From an uncultured cyanobacterium (GTDB lineage Bacteria > Cyanobacteriota > Cyanobacteriia > Cyanobacteriales > CAWCAG01), in contig CAWCAG010000005.1 of the NCBI GenBank assembly GCA_963793425.1, positions 928,001-992,000 on the forward strand: 64,000 nt of DNA, in the 5' to 3' direction. The notes under the pieces are model-generated. The model saw nothing but the letters and a program-made list of their open reading frames with translations, was not told the origin of the DNA and searched no databases. This document shows positions 1 to 10,285 of the stretch, piece after piece. Both the position numbers and the translations under genes were made by a program. The stretch's first letter is position 1. Each line of letters begins with the position of its first letter.

Positions 1-2
1 TT

Positions 3-398
3 CAACCAGCGACTGTAGAAGATTGGGGGATAGAATATAGTGACTTAATTCTCGCTATTAAAATAGTTGATTCTGTAGAAACTGGAATTGCCCATATTAA
101 TACCTACGGTTCTAAACACACTGATGCCATCGTTACAGAAGATGAAAAGGCTGCTGCCACATTCCAAAACCAAGTTGATGCCGCAGGAGTTTTTCACAAT
201 TGTTCTACCCGTTTTTCTGATGGTTTTCGTTACGGTTTTGGTGCTGAAGTTGGCATTAGTACTCAACAAATGCCTCCTCGTGGTCCTGTGGGCTTAGAAG
301 GCTTAGTTACTTATAAATATAAGTTAATAGGAAATGGCCATGTTGCAGCCACTTACTCCGGCCCGCAAGCAAAATCTTTTACCCACAAAGAGTTGTAA
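3..398 (+). CDS. proA: Gamma-glutamyl phosphate reductase, C-terminal part (5' truncated by window edge)
   Basis: Not in the ORF track. Frame 3 translates to [24 protein letters not shown]...[17 protein letters not shown]...[36 protein letters not shown]...THKEL, stop TAA 396-398. This is the ProA signature. Confidence 0.95.
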   Translation, partial: QPATVEDWGIEYSDLILAIKIVDSVETGIAHINTYGSKHTDAIVTEDEKAAATFQNQVDAAGVFHNCSTRFSDGFRYGFGAEVGISTQQMPPRGPVGLEGLVTYKYKLIGNGHVAATYSGPQAKSFTHKEL

Positions 399-406
399 GC
401 AAAAAA

Positions 407-446
407 CAAATTAGGGAGAAAATAGAGTGGTTTTCTCCCTAATTTG
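407..446. terminator. Hairpin between convergent genes (likely bidirectional terminator)
   Basis: Perfect 16-bp inverted repeat CAAATTAGGGAGAAAA / TTTTCTCCCTAATTTG. Confidence 0.7.
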
Positions 447-471
447 ATCACTTTATTTAATGACGATGACT

Positions 472-891
472 CTAGTCGCCGAAGATTCTTTCTAAAACAT
501 TGCCAGTGCCTTCTGCGGCTTCTTGGGCTTTATTTTTAGTTACGCCAATATCTCTTTGGACTTTACCTTTAACTTCCTTAGCAGCACCTTCAATACTGTT
601 GTCTGCTCCTCTCAAGTTTTGTTGAGTTTTACCAACTGCTCTGTTTAAATTACCTTTTACTTGGTCAGTGCTTCCTGCACCAAAAACATCATTAAAAGCT
701 TCTCCTACTTCTTCTTTAGCTTCATCAATCGTTGAGAGTAGGTGAGGTGAATTTAAAGTAGCTGCATTAGCAGTTGATGAAGAAGGTAAAAATACTGTGC
801 TTAATAAGGTAAGACTGAATAAAAATAGGATACTGACTAACCAGTGCTGGCTTCTTTGAATAAGTTTTTTGGTAAATGAGAAAGTTTTCAT
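472..891 (-). CDS. CsbD-like stress protein with N-terminal signal/TM segment
   Basis: Hydrophobic N-terminus ending ANA-A, followed by CsbD-like repeats (DQVKGNLNRAVGK; IEGAAKEVKGKVQ). Confidence 0.7.
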   Translation of the reverse strand: MKTFSFTKKLIQRSQHWLVSILFLFSLTLLSTVFLPSSSTANAATLNSPHLLSTIDEAKEEVGEAFNDVFGAGSTDQVKGNLNRAVGKTQQNLRGADNSIEGAAKEVKGKVQRDIGVTKNKAQEAAEGTGNVLERIFGD

Positions 892-1208
892 CTGTTTTTT
901 TTAGATTCCTCGAAAAATGTATTTACGTTTCTATCCTTAACTTATAAAACATTCTCGGCCATATTTACTCGCTCAGAAGAGAGAATCGCCCTTGCTTCAA
1001 AGTATTAATTACTACCTCTTTGGGATGAAAAGTCACTTTAGAGCAACCTTTCTCTAACTAAATAGTTAGTTTTTGATCAGTCTCAATATTACTTCGGGTG
1101 GAAGCATGAGAAGAACTAAATTTGCTAGATTAATATAACAATTAAAAGCCTGGTTAAAAGTACATTTTTCAGGTTTTTACCATATAAGCAATATGAGGTT
1201 AATCAATC

Positions 1209-1391
1209 ATGAGTACTGAAGATAGAGCTAAAGCAACAGCTAAAAACATTGAAGGAAAAGCTCAAGAGGCGCTAGGAAATGTAACTGGAGATCCTGAAGA
1301 TCAAGCCAAAGGTAAAGCCAAGCAAGCAGAAGCAAAAGCTCGACATACCGCAGAAGATGCTAAAGACAAAGTAAAAAAAGCTATTGACTAA
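1209..1391 (+). CDS. csbD: CsbD family general stress protein
   Basis: MSTEDRAKATAKNIEGKAQEALGNVTGD...GKAKQ is typical of cyanobacterial CsbD; RBS GAGG upstream. Confidence 0.9.
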   Translation: MSTEDRAKATAKNIEGKAQEALGNVTGDPEDQAKGKAKQAEAKARHTAEDAKDKVKKAID

Positions 1392-1441
1392 TTAAGCTTT
1401 AGTTCGTGACCAGTTTTCTACTCTAGATATATAAGATAAGC

Positions 1442-1472
1442 AAGAAGGGGTTTTATAACCCCTTCTTTTTTT
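1442..1472 (+). terminator. Rho-independent terminator
   Basis: AAGAAGGGGTT-TTAT-AACCCCTTCTT followed by a T-run, downstream of csbD. Confidence 0.8.
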
Positions 1473-1739
1473 CAAGGTAAAAAGAATCAAGGTAAACATC
1501 AATCAACTATCATCTATTTAAAACAATTTTTCTTTTTTATTACCACTTATAAACGAGATATAAAATCGCAACCAAACATCTCAGATATTAAAGTGGCAAG
1601 CTTAAATAATTTTTTAGTTATCTTATTAAATCATAAAAAAATCACCAGAGATTGCATCACCTAGCAGGTGTAATCTCATAGTGATAAAAATGATGTAACA
1701 CTCTTCCTTAAGAAAGAAAACAAGCAGAAAATGTCAAGC

Positions 1740-2462
1740 TTATCTAACTAACCCAGAGCGTAATGCCCTTACCGCAGCTTGAGTACGATCATCAGCGCAA
1801 AGCTTACTCAAAATATTACGGACATGGGTTTTAACCGTACCCACAGTAATAAATAATTTCTCAGCAATTTGAGCATTGCTACATCCTGCTACAATCAACT
1901 CCAGAATTTCTAGTTCCCGATTAGTTAAAGGGTATGTTTCTAAAACTTGCTCATATTCTGGCTCAATACCCTTAATTCTTTGGGAATCTTCCCCATTAAC
2001 CACAACATTTGTACCAGGTCTATTATGGCGTGCTTGCTTAAGCACCACACGGGCTATGGTAGGATCTATCCAAGAATTTCCCTCGTTCGTTAATTCAATA
2101 GCCTGAATTAAATTTTCTACGCTAATATCTTTAATACTATAAGAATCTGCACCAGCAGCAAAAGCAGCTAAAACAGAATCTTCGTTTTTGTGCATCGTCA
2201 AGATCAAAACCTTGGTCTTCGCTTCTTTCAAACCTCCTTGAGCTTGTTTAAGTTGCTGAGTTAGTTCAATGCCATCACGATCTGGCAAGCCAATATCAAT
2301 AATTGCCACATCAGGCTGAGTAGCTTCTAATATCTGTAAACCTTCGCTAGCATTAGCAGCATCACCTACTACTTCAATACCTTCATTTTGCCGTAGGGCT
2401 GCACATAAACCAACTCGACTCAGGTTATGATCTTCAATTACAACGACGCGAATTTTGCTCAT
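1740..2462 (-). CDS. NarL/LuxR-family response regulator
   Basis: REC domain (IEDH, DIGLPD, ILT, K) plus LuxR HTH (LTNRELEIL...SNAQIAEKLFITVGTVKTHVRNIL). Confidence 0.93.
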   Translation of the reverse strand: MSKIRVVVIEDHNLSRVGLCAALRQNEGIEVVGDAANASEGLQILEATQPDVAIIDIGLPDRDGIELTQQLKQAQGGLKEAKTKVLILTMHKNEDSVLAAFAAGADSYSIKDISVENLIQAIELTNEGNSWIDPTIARVVLKQARHNRPGTNVVVNGEDSQRIKGIEPEYEQVLETYPLTNRELEILELIVAGCSNAQIAEKLFITVGTVKTHVRNILSKLCADDRTQAAVRALRSGLVR

Positions 2463-2590
2463 TATTAATTCAGTATAAAATTTAGATTTGCTTCTTTAGT
2501 ACATTGTCATGCTAAAACGGAACATTTTACTTTCTAGATTACCAACAATTACAGGGTCGCATCGTAGCCATTAGCAATTAGCAATTAACA

Positions 2591-4999
2591 ATGAGCAACT
2601 TATTCAACCATCAAAACGAAAATCTCCCCCATCGTCAAGGTTTAAAACAGTGCTTAGATGCACTACCACAAATAATTTGGTGTGCTAATCAATTAGGAGA
2701 AATAACTTTTTTAAATCAAAAATGGCAAGAGCATATATATCAAAACGATACTATTACTTTACCTGAAGAAAAGTTTTTCCAAGCAACTCATCCAGAAGAT
2801 AGAGAGCGAGTAAAACAAAAATGGCAAACAGAAATACGCTCTCAAAGCCCCTACAAAGTGAAATTTCGCTTGCGGAATAGTAATGGAGATTACAAGCTGT
2901 TTGTTGCCTGTGCAGAACCCTTAAAAGGGGAAAACGGAGCAGTAATTGAGTGGGTTGGAACATTAGAACCTATAACCAAAACTCAGGAAGCTTTGAGAAA
3001 AAGTGAGGAACGTTGGCAATTAGCGGTGGAAGGGGCAGGAGATGGGATTTTTGATTGGAATATTATTACTGGTGAAGCTTTTATGTCTCCTAATTTAAAA
3101 GGAGTACTCGGCTACCGCGACCAAGAAATTCCTAATACTTATGAAGGATGGCACAATTTAGTTCACCCTGATGATTTTGAGCAAGTATTAGAAAATTTAG
3201 AAGCCCATCTCAATCACCAAGCTTCCCAATATGTAGCAGAATATCGTCTACGTTGCCAAGATGGTAGCTACAAATGGATTTCAGCCAAAGGACTGGCTAA
3301 ATGGGACGAAACAGGTAAACCTATTCGTATGGTAGGTTCTCATCAAGATATTACCGAACGCAAGGAAGCAGAAGCAGAAATCATTCGCCTCAATCAAGAG
3401 TTAGAAGCAAAAATAGCGAGACGAACATCTCAGCTAGAAGCAGCCAACCAGATTAAAGATGAATCTGTTAATCGTGCTGAAAAAGCCCAGGCTGAAAGTA
3501 AAATTTATCAGGATATAGTTGAGAACATCCCCATCGGCTTTTTTGTTTGGCGTTTAAAAGATTTCGACGATCTTAGTAGCTTCCAATTAGTGACAGTTAA
3601 CCCCGCTGCCAGTCAATTACTTGAAGTACCTCTCCAAGACGAGATTGGTAGCATGATGGGAGATTGTTTTCCTAAACTTTTAACTCCGGGAAATGCAGCT
3701 ATTGTCACTGCTTATATTGATGTAATTCGTGAGGGGAAAGCTAAGATTCTAGATGATGTTATTTATAGCAATAAAACAGGGAATAAAAGTGTCTTTGCCC
3801 TGAAAGCCTTTCCTTTACCTAATCACTGTGTGGGGGTTGCTTTTGATAATGTTACCAGGCGCAAACGGGCTGAAGCCGCTTTAGCAGCTAGTGAGCAAAA
3901 ACATCGCTCTGTAGTTAATAGTGTTAAAGAGGTTATTTTTCAAACAAATCAAGAAGGTTGTTGGACTTTCTTAAATCAAGCTTGGAACGAAATTACTGGG
4001 TTTTCTATTACCAAGAGTCTTGGTATTCCTTTTATTAATTATATTTATGCTGAAGAAGAGCAACAAGAATGTGGGGAGCTTTTCCAAGATTTGCTAGCAA
4101 AAAAACGGGAATTTTTTCAATATGCCTTTCGCTGCCAAACTAAAACTGGTAAATTCCGTTGGTTAGAAATGGAAGCCCAACTTTATCGCAATTCGGAAGG
4201 AGAAGTTTTAGGGACATCCGGTACTCTTAATGATATTACTGAACGCCAACAAAATGAAGCTATCCTGCAAGCAAAGGCCGATGAACTAGCTCAAATCAAT
4301 ACCATTTTACTCGCTACCACCGCTCAATTAGAAAAACGTAACCAAGAATTAGATCAATTCGCCTACGTTACCTCCCATGATTTAAAAGCACCTCTGCGGG
4401 CGATCGCTAATTTATCTCAGTGGATTGAAGAAGACTTAGAAGAGTTTCTAACTGAAGATACTAAGCATCAAATGGACTTGTTGCGAGGGCGAGTACATCG
4501 CATGGAAGCATTGATTAACGGACTGCTACAATATTCTCGTGTTGGACGCATCCAAGGGCGAAAGGAACGAGTTGTTGTCGGGGAAATTCTTGAAGAAGTA
4601 ATTGATTTCCTCGCACCACCACCAGAATTTCAGATTACTATCACCTCAGAAATGCCCACTTTGCAAACAGAGCGTTTACCTTTGCAACAGGTATTTACCA
4701 ACTTAATCGGCAATGCGATTAAACATCATCCTAGTGACCAGGGGAAAGTACAAATTTCTGTTACAGACCAAGGCAAATTTTACGAGTTTGTGGTGGAAGA
4801 TGATGGTTCTGGCATTGCTCCACAATACCACGACAAGGTATTTGTGATTTTCCAAACCCTAGAAGCAAGGGATAAAACTGAAAATACGGGTATTGGTTTG
4901 TCCATTGTCAAAAAAGCTGTTGAAGCCCAGGGAGGAACAATCAAAGTCGAATCTCAATTAGGGGAAGGGACGATTTTTCGTTTTACTTGGCCAAAGTAG
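2591..4999 (+). CDS. Cytoplasmic multi-PAS sensor histidine kinase
   Basis: Several PAS/PAC repeats (HPED/HPDD, DITER), HisKA FAYVTSHDLKAPLR, and HATPase boxes NAIKH / DDGSGI / GIGL. Confidence 0.92.
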   Translation: MSNLFNHQNENLPHRQGLKQCLDALPQIIWCANQLGEITFLNQKWQEHIYQNDTITLPEEKFFQATHPEDRERVKQKWQTEIRSQSPYKVKFRLRNSNGDYKLFVACAEPLKGENGAVIEWVGTLEPITKTQEALRKSEERWQLAVEGAGDGIFDWNIITGEAFMSPNLKGVLGYRDQEIPNTYEGWHNLVHPDDFEQVLENLEAHLNHQASQYVAEYRLRCQDGSYKWISAKGLAKWDETGKPIRMVGSHQDITERKEAEAEIIRLNQELEAKIARRTSQLEAANQIKDESVNRAEKAQAESKIYQDIVENIPIGFFVWRLKDFDDLSSFQLVTVNPAASQLLEVPLQDEIGSMMGDCFPKLLTPGNAAIVTAYIDVIREGKAKILDDVIYSNKTGNKSVFALKAFPLPNHCVGVAFDNVTRRKRAEAALAASEQKHRSVVNSVKEVIFQTNQEGCWTFLNQAWNEITGFSITKSLGIPFINYIYAEEEQQECGELFQDLLAKKREFFQYAFRCQTKTGKFRWLEMEAQLYRNSEGEVLGTSGTLNDITERQQNEAILQAKADELAQINTILLATTAQLEKRNQELDQFAYVTSHDLKAPLRAIANLSQWIEEDLEEFLTEDTKHQMDLLRGRVHRMEALINGLLQYSRVGRIQGRKERVVVGEILEEVIDFLAPPPEFQITITSEMPTLQTERLPLQQVFTNLIGNAIKHHPSDQGKVQISVTDQGKFYEFVVEDDGSGIAPQYHDKVFVIFQTLEARDKTENTGIGLSIVKKAVEAQGGTIKVESQLGEGTIFRFTWPK

Positions 5000-5002
5000 G
5001 TA

Positions 5003-5065
5003 TAAGTAATAAGTAATAAGTAATAAGTAATAAGTAATAAGTAATAAGTAATAAGTAATAAGTAA
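5003..5065. repeat. STRR heptamer tandem repeat (TAAGTAA)x9
   Basis: Nine perfect copies directly after the kinase stop codon. Confidence 0.95.
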
Positions 5066-5094
5066 ACAGTTATCACTTTTACCTTTACTTCCTA

Positions 5095-5136
5095 CTCCCT
5101 GCTCCCTGCTCCCTGCTCCCTGCTCCCTGCTCCCTT
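5095..5136. repeat. STRR heptamer tandem repeat (CTCCCTG)x~6
   Basis: Five perfect copies and one variant copy, directly after the stop of the opposite-strand gene. Confidence 0.9.
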
Positions 5137-5138
5137 CT

Positions 5139-5654
5139 TCAATAGTGAATAATTATAGCTGTTCCTACAGATGCCCAATTGTATAACCATTTAGCGTGAT
5201 CGGGAGCGACGTTGGTGCAACCATGACTAACTGCTGTACCAAAGTTATGATGCCAATAGGCTCCGTGAATCGCATAACCGCCATAGTAATACATAGCATG
5301 AGGCACATTGGCAATATCGTAGCCTGTCCCTCGCATCCTCTCTTTGGGGGATTTGCGCTGTATAGCAAAAATGCCAGGATGGGTTGGGGTTGCAGGTTTG
5401 CCTGTGGAGACAATCACCGCATAAACAGGGGAATTACCTTGCCAAGCAACTAATCTCTGGGTTGAAAGGTTGATTTCAATCCAACGTTGATTAGAAGCTT
5501 GTAAGGTATCAACTTTCTCGATTATGGTTGTACGTAAATCCTTTGCTGTTGCGGGATTAGCGCTTAAGTCTGTACCCAAGGCTGCTAATGTTAATAGGCA
5601 ACTAGCAGCTAAGTTAGTTAAGAATCTTTGGCTATTGAATATTTTCATCCTCAA
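5139..5654 (-). CDS. L,D-transpeptidase (YkuD family), secreted
   Basis: Signal peptide, VSTGK, and catalytic motif AIHG...SHGC. Confidence 0.9.
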   Translation of the reverse strand: MRMKIFNSQRFLTNLAASCLLTLAALGTDLSANPATAKDLRTTIIEKVDTLQASNQRWIEINLSTQRLVAWQGNSPVYAVIVSTGKPATPTHPGIFAIQRKSPKERMRGTGYDIANVPHAMYYYGGYAIHGAYWHHNFGTAVSHGCTNVAPDHAKWLYNWASVGTAIIIHY

Positions 5655-5750
5655 ACTTACCCTGAAAAAAGCCTAAATATTGACTGTTATTGTGATCAAA
5701 TCATATTATACTTTTTGTGCTTTTAATTCTTATTAGATGAACTAGAAACT

Positions 5751-7223
5751 ATGCGAATACTTAGAATCTCTCTTGCTGTTCTTATTTATTTTTCAACAAC
5801 TTTGGCAATTCCCCAAAGAGCTTTAGGCGAAACTGAAACAACATCTGAGAAAAACGGTAGGAGTATTCCTACTGGAGCATTCGCTCCCTTACCAAAGATA
5901 TGCTTCCCAACATCTCGTCTTGAACTTATCGAGGCTTATAATTCTCAGATTAGGGTTTATCAGAGTCAGCGTTGGCAGCTTGAGTCTTTACAGATTGAGC
6001 AGTTCAAAAAGAAAATTATCTATTCAATTTATTCTAAATCTAGACAAAATGAACCTCTAAGAGACATAGCAAAACAATATATCTCAATTGGTGAGTTTGA
6101 GCAAGCTTTGAGTATTATTGAATCGATTAAAGAAGTGTTTTTTCAAGCAGAAATACTCACAGCTATAGCAGAATCATATACTCAAGCAGAACAACAGCAG
6201 TTTGCTATCAATACTATTTCTCAAGCAGTAGATTTAGTTGAAAATATAGAAAATAGTTCTCAAAAAGAAGGAGTTCTACTTTATATTACCGATGTTTATC
6301 TACAAGTAGCAGACTCTTATTTAAAACTAGGAGAAACAGAACTAGCTTCTGAGGTAATTTCTTTGGCTTCACAGACTATTGAAGATATTGAGACAGAATC
6401 CTTTAAGAAATATCTTCTCTCTCAAATAGCACTCAAATTATCTACTGTTGGTAGGATTGAGGAGGCTCTAGCTATTACTGATAATTTAGACCAAGATAGG
6501 AAAGATTTTATCTTGGAGCAAATAGCGATTGATTCTGTTAACTTCAATCAATTTGACCAAGCTTTAGAAATTTATCAAGCTCTTGATCAATACCCCAGAA
6601 ATGAGATTCTTGTACAAATAGTTGTTGAGTTAGCTTCTCTTGGTCAGTTTGAGCGGGCTATGGCAATAGCAGAAGATTTTCCTGAAAAACAAAATGTTGT
6701 TGTAGCTAATGTTGCCCAACAATATATCAATCAAGGAGAGTCTAATCTTGCTATTGGTATAGTCAAGGACGTAGAAAATTACTGTGTTCGTTCCAATACG
6801 TTTCAGAAATTATCTTCATTATTACTAGAAGCAGAAGAATACAGTTTAGCTTTAGAAATTACTGACAACATTGAAGATGCTGGGATTAAGAATAATGCTT
6901 TAAATAGAGTAGCAATTAAACTAGCTGAAATAGAAAAATATGAGCAAGCAATAACAGTAACTCAAAGTATAGAAGATTCTAATGATAAAGCTGATGCCTT
7001 GATTAGAATCTCTCAAAAACTAATTGAAGCAGGAAAATCAGAACAAGCTTCGGAATTATTATCTCAGGCTTTGGAAATAGTTCAATCTTCTCCTTTACCT
7101 ACTAGATTTATCCCTGCACCACCACCAAGAGTTTCTCCCACACCACCAAGAGTTCCTCCCACACTACCAAGAGTTCCTCTCCCACAAATACCAGAACTAA
7201 AACCTCTTCAACCTAACAATTAA
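5751..7223 (+). CDS. Secreted TPR-like helical repeat protein with Pro-rich tail
   Basis: Signal peptide, repeated G(E/Q)FEQAL..I helices, and C-terminal PPRVxPT repeats. Confidence 0.75.
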   Translation: MRILRISLAVLIYFSTTLAIPQRALGETETTSEKNGRSIPTGAFAPLPKICFPTSRLELIEAYNSQIRVYQSQRWQLESLQIEQFKKKIIYSIYSKSRQNEPLRDIAKQYISIGEFEQALSIIESIKEVFFQAEILTAIAESYTQAEQQQFAINTISQAVDLVENIENSSQKEGVLLYITDVYLQVADSYLKLGETELASEVISLASQTIEDIETESFKKYLLSQIALKLSTVGRIEEALAITDNLDQDRKDFILEQIAIDSVNFNQFDQALEIYQALDQYPRNEILVQIVVELASLGQFERAMAIAEDFPEKQNVVVANVAQQYINQGESNLAIGIVKDVENYCVRSNTFQKLSSLLLEAEEYSLALEITDNIEDAGIKNNALNRVAIKLAEIEKYEQAITVTQSIEDSNDKADALIRISQKLIEAGKSEQASELLSQALEIVQSSPLPTRFIPAPPPRVSPTPPRVPPTLPRVPLPQIPELKPLQPNN

Positions 7224-7854
7224 TCAGCAACTTTTCTTGCAAAAATTTAGCCCGTTCAGTAATACCTTGCCAATCTTCTGCTGCTATTAATTCCTGGGGA
7301 AATAACTGACTAGAAAGCCCTACTGCGATCGCCCCAGCAGCTAAAAACTCTGAGGCGTTGTTTAAGGTAACTCCTCCAGTAGGAATCAAAGGAATTTGAC
7401 CTAAAGGCCCTTGCAAACTTTTAATGTAGTTTGCTCCTCCCACTGCTTGACTGGGAAAAACTTTAACGCAACTGGCCCCCGCTTGCCAAGCTGTAACAAT
7501 TTCCGTGGCAGATAAAGCCCCTGGTACAATGGGAATACCCGCAGCAATAGCCCCTTGAATTAATAGGGGGTTAGTGTGAGGAGAAAAGAGAAACTGTGCC
7601 TTAGCCGCGATCGCCTCATTAAGTTGGCACTTATTTAAAATCGTTCCTGCACCAATAATATAATCTGGTAATTGGGAGCGCAATTGAGTAATTAAACTAC
7701 CAGGGCTTTGACTATTCCAGGTTATCTCAATTAACCTAATGCCCCCAGCCGCAACAGCTTGAGCCATTTTCAAACCCAAAGATTGTTGGGGCGAACGAAT
7801 AACGGCGATCGCGCGGTATTGTTGCAGTAATTTTAGCCAAGACTGATCGTCCAT
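7213..7854 (-). CDS. eda: KDPG/KHG aldolase
   Basis: AVIR, IEIT, GAGT, SPH, KVFP and PTGGV motifs. Confidence 0.9.
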   Translation of the reverse strand: MDDQSWLKLLQQYRAIAVIRSPQQSLGLKMAQAVAAGGIRLIEITWNSQSPGSLITQLRSQLPDYIIGAGTILNKCQLNEAIAAKAQFLFSPHTNPLLIQGAIAAGIPIVPGALSATEIVTAWQAGASCVKVFPSQAVGGANYIKSLQGPLGQIPLIPTGGVTLNNASEFLAAGAIAVGLSSQLFPQELIAAEDWQGITERAKFLQEKLLINC

Positions 7855-7862
7855 ACCAGTAA

Positions 7863-8348
7863 TTAACGTACTTGACTATAAACTGCTTCAGAAAGCTGAG
7901 GAATTTCTGCATACTTCCCTAACACAGACTGAATTATTGAATAGGTGCAAACAGCCAAAACTATAATGAAAACTGTATTAAACAGAGTTTCTGCTATCAA
8001 ACCACCACCAATGATAGGAAGTAAAACTCTTTCCAATACTATACTTAGCAAAGTCAACAAAATATCGATCAAAATCGCTTGCATTGTGTTGTAGCGAATA
8101 AAATGGCTAATGCGAGGATTTCTCACCACAGCCAGGAAGAGAATAAAGAAAATAATAATTCCGGCGAACATTCCCAAAGCGGCATAGACTAAAGCAATAG
8201 GAAGAAGAGGAATGCTAATTATTTCTATTAATCCAGGAAACTGCTGTCCTAAATATCTTCCGAAGGGTAGCAAATAGTACAAAGGAAATAAATATACTAA
8301 AGCAGAAAAAATTTTATCTTTGATATCTGTAGAACCGCGCCAATTCAT
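7863..8348 (-). CDS. Tic20 family membrane protein (Ycf60-like)
   Basis: VVRNPRISHFIRYNTMQAILIDI; C-terminal YAEIPQLSEAVYSQV. Confidence 0.88.
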   Translation of the reverse strand: MNWRGSTDIKDKIFSALVYLFPLYYLLPFGRYLGQQFPGLIEIISIPLLPIALVYAALGMFAGIIIFFILFLAVVRNPRISHFIRYNTMQAILIDILLTLLSIVLERVLLPIIGGGLIAETLFNTVFIIVLAVCTYSIIQSVLGKYAEIPQLSEAVYSQVR

Positions 8349-8411
8349 CAGCTTTTCTCCTCAAAAATCAAGGCTAACACTTTCTCTATTATAGATAAAG
8401 CTTAAAAGATA

Positions 8412-8666
8412 TCACCCAGTCTCTTTTGTACTCTCAATGTTAGCGATACAAAAACCCATCTGACATTCATATACCTCCGATACAGCTTCTTGAGAAGGGC
8501 AATTTGTTAAGTGATTTTGTAGGTTTTTAGTTTCCTTAGCCTGATGGCGACGGCAACCTAGTTTACCCTCATGCCAACGAGGTAAGCCTTTCTTGCTAGC
8601 AAGCAAACAGTCACAACAAACTTGCCCAGGAGAAAGTATTTGTTTTTCAGTGATGACAATCAGCAT
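8412..8666 (-). CDS. Small Cys-rich hypothetical protein (cyanobacterial type)
   Basis: CCDCLLA..GLPRW...LGC...YECQMGF; RBS GGAGG upstream. Confidence 0.7.
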   Translation of the reverse strand: MLIVITEKQILSPGQVCCDCLLASKKGLPRWHEGKLGCRRHQAKETKNLQNHLTNCPSQEAVSEVYECQMGFCIANIESTKETG

Positions 8667-8838
8667 TTATCCCTCCCACTACTCGCTAATGCTGTTAATC
8701 CTATTCTAGTTAAGGCTTTTGAGGAAACGAAAATATTGCTACACAGCTTAATAAGTCAGAGCAAAAAATACTGTCTCCAGATCAAATCTCTCATGATAAA
8801 TGGTATAAGCTGTTTTATGGCGTGTGTAGAAATTAATT

Positions 8839-10074
8839 ATGACAACTATTAACGATAATTACCTCAAGCTTAAAGCTGGCTACCTTTTTCCGGAAATTGG
8901 ACGACGGGTTAGCAGCTTTGCCGAAGCGAATCCTGATGCACCTTTAATTAAACTTGGTATTGGTGATGTTACAGAGCCCTTGCCAGAAGCCTGCCGTACA
9001 GCAATGATTGAAGCTGTTGAGGAAATGGGGAATCGCGAAACTTTTCAAGGTTATGGCCCAGAACAAGGTTATCTTTGGTTAAGGGAGAAAATTGCTGCCT
9101 CTGATTTTCAAACAAGAGGTTGTGAGGTCGATGCTTCAGAAGTTTTTATTTCCGACGGTGCTAAGTGTGATACGGGTAACATCCTCGACATTTTCGGTGA
9201 TGATAATACCATCGCTGTTACTGACCCAGTTTACCCTGTTTATGTTGATACTAACGTCATGGCAGGACATACAGGTTCTGCTAATGAGAAAGGGGAGTAC
9301 GAAGGGCTAATTTATTTACCCATTACTGCCGAAAACAACTTTACAGCAGAAATTCCTAAGCAAAAGGTTGATTTAATTTACCTTTGTTTCCCCAACAATC
9401 CCACAGGAGTTGTTGCTTCCCAAGAAAACCTCAAAGCTTGGGTAGATTATGCCAAAAGCCATAACTCCTTAATCCTTTTTGATGCAGCATATGAAGCTTA
9501 CATCACAGATCCTGAAATTCCCCATTCCATCTACGAAATTAAAGGGGCGAGAGACTGTGCTATTGAATTTCGTTCTTTTTCTAAAAATGCTGGCTTCACA
9601 GGAACTCGCTGTGCTTTTACTGTCGTACCCAAAGGCTTGACTGCGAAAGCTGCTGATGGTTCTGATGTTGAGTTGTGGAAACTATGGAATCGTCGCCAAG
9701 CCACCAAATTTAATGGTGTATCCTACATCATCCAAAGGGGTGCAGAAGCTGTTTATTCCCAAGCAGGGCAACAACAAATCAAGGAGTTGATTAGCTTCTA
9801 CCTAGAAAATGCCAAAATCATTCGCGAAAAACTCACCGCAGCAGGAATTGAGGTTTATGGTGGTGTACACGCTCCCTATATTTGGCTTAAAACTCCCCAA
9901 GGACTTTCTAGTTGGGATTTCTTCGATAAATTGCTGCAAACTTGCTATGTGGTAGGAACTCCTGGTTCAGGTTTTGGTGCGGCGGGGGAAGGTTATTTTC
10001 GCATCTCTGCGTTTAATAGTCGCAAGAATGTTGAGGAAGCGATGCAGAGGATTACTGATAAATTCAAAGCTTAA
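8839..10074 (+). CDS. dapL: LL-diaminopimelate aminotransferase
   Basis: GYLFPEI, LGIGD, GYGPEQG, PNNPTG, and PLP-lysine motif [10 protein letters not shown]. Confidence 0.96.
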   Translation: MTTINDNYLKLKAGYLFPEIGRRVSSFAEANPDAPLIKLGIGDVTEPLPEACRTAMIEAVEEMGNRETFQGYGPEQGYLWLREKIAASDFQTRGCEVDASEVFISDGAKCDTGNILDIFGDDNTIAVTDPVYPVYVDTNVMAGHTGSANEKGEYEGLIYLPITAENNFTAEIPKQKVDLIYLCFPNNPTGVVASQENLKAWVDYAKSHNSLILFDAAYEAYITDPEIPHSIYEIKGARDCAIEFRSFSKNAGFTGTRCAFTVVPKGLTAKAADGSDVELWKLWNRRQATKFNGVSYIIQRGAEAVYSQAGQQQIKELISFYLENAKIIREKLTAAGIEVYGGVHAPYIWLKTPQGLSSWDFFDKLLQTCYVVGTPGSGFGAAGEGYFRISAFNSRKNVEEAMQRITDKFKA

Positions 10075-10285
10075 TATAGCCTTTCTCAGACTCATGTGGT
10101 GGTGTTTTTAATGAATCAGGGGCAACACTCCGGCAGCCCGGCTATTAACGCTGGTAGCAACAATAATGGTACAGATGCAGTCGGTGGCATTTCCCTCCAC
10201 TTTGAACTACTTGATTGGCTAATAAGCGCAATGACCACTGACTATAACCTGCTGGTGGCTCTCCTAAGCGTAAGGCGATGATTTT
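10075..10285 (-). mobile_element. IS630-family remnant (transposase HTH fragment plus a probable terminal repeat)
   Basis: Minus strand 10285-10202 reads KIIALRLGEPPAGYSQWSLRLLANQVVQ, resembling the IS630 N-terminal motif. TA-flanked end-like sequence TATAGCCTTTCTCAGACTCATG at 10075. Confidence 0.65.

Noticed and set aside
45..297. ORF-track ORFs 45..269 (-) and 88..297 (+)
   Set aside because: Shadow frames of the proA C-terminus, which is in frame 3
5003..5136. Tandem repeats as a CRISPR array
   Set aside because: 7-bp units with no spacers; these are STRRs
10096..10281. 61-aa ORF after dapL as a real gene
   Set aside because: Chimera of debris; its 3' half is antisense to an IS630 fragment
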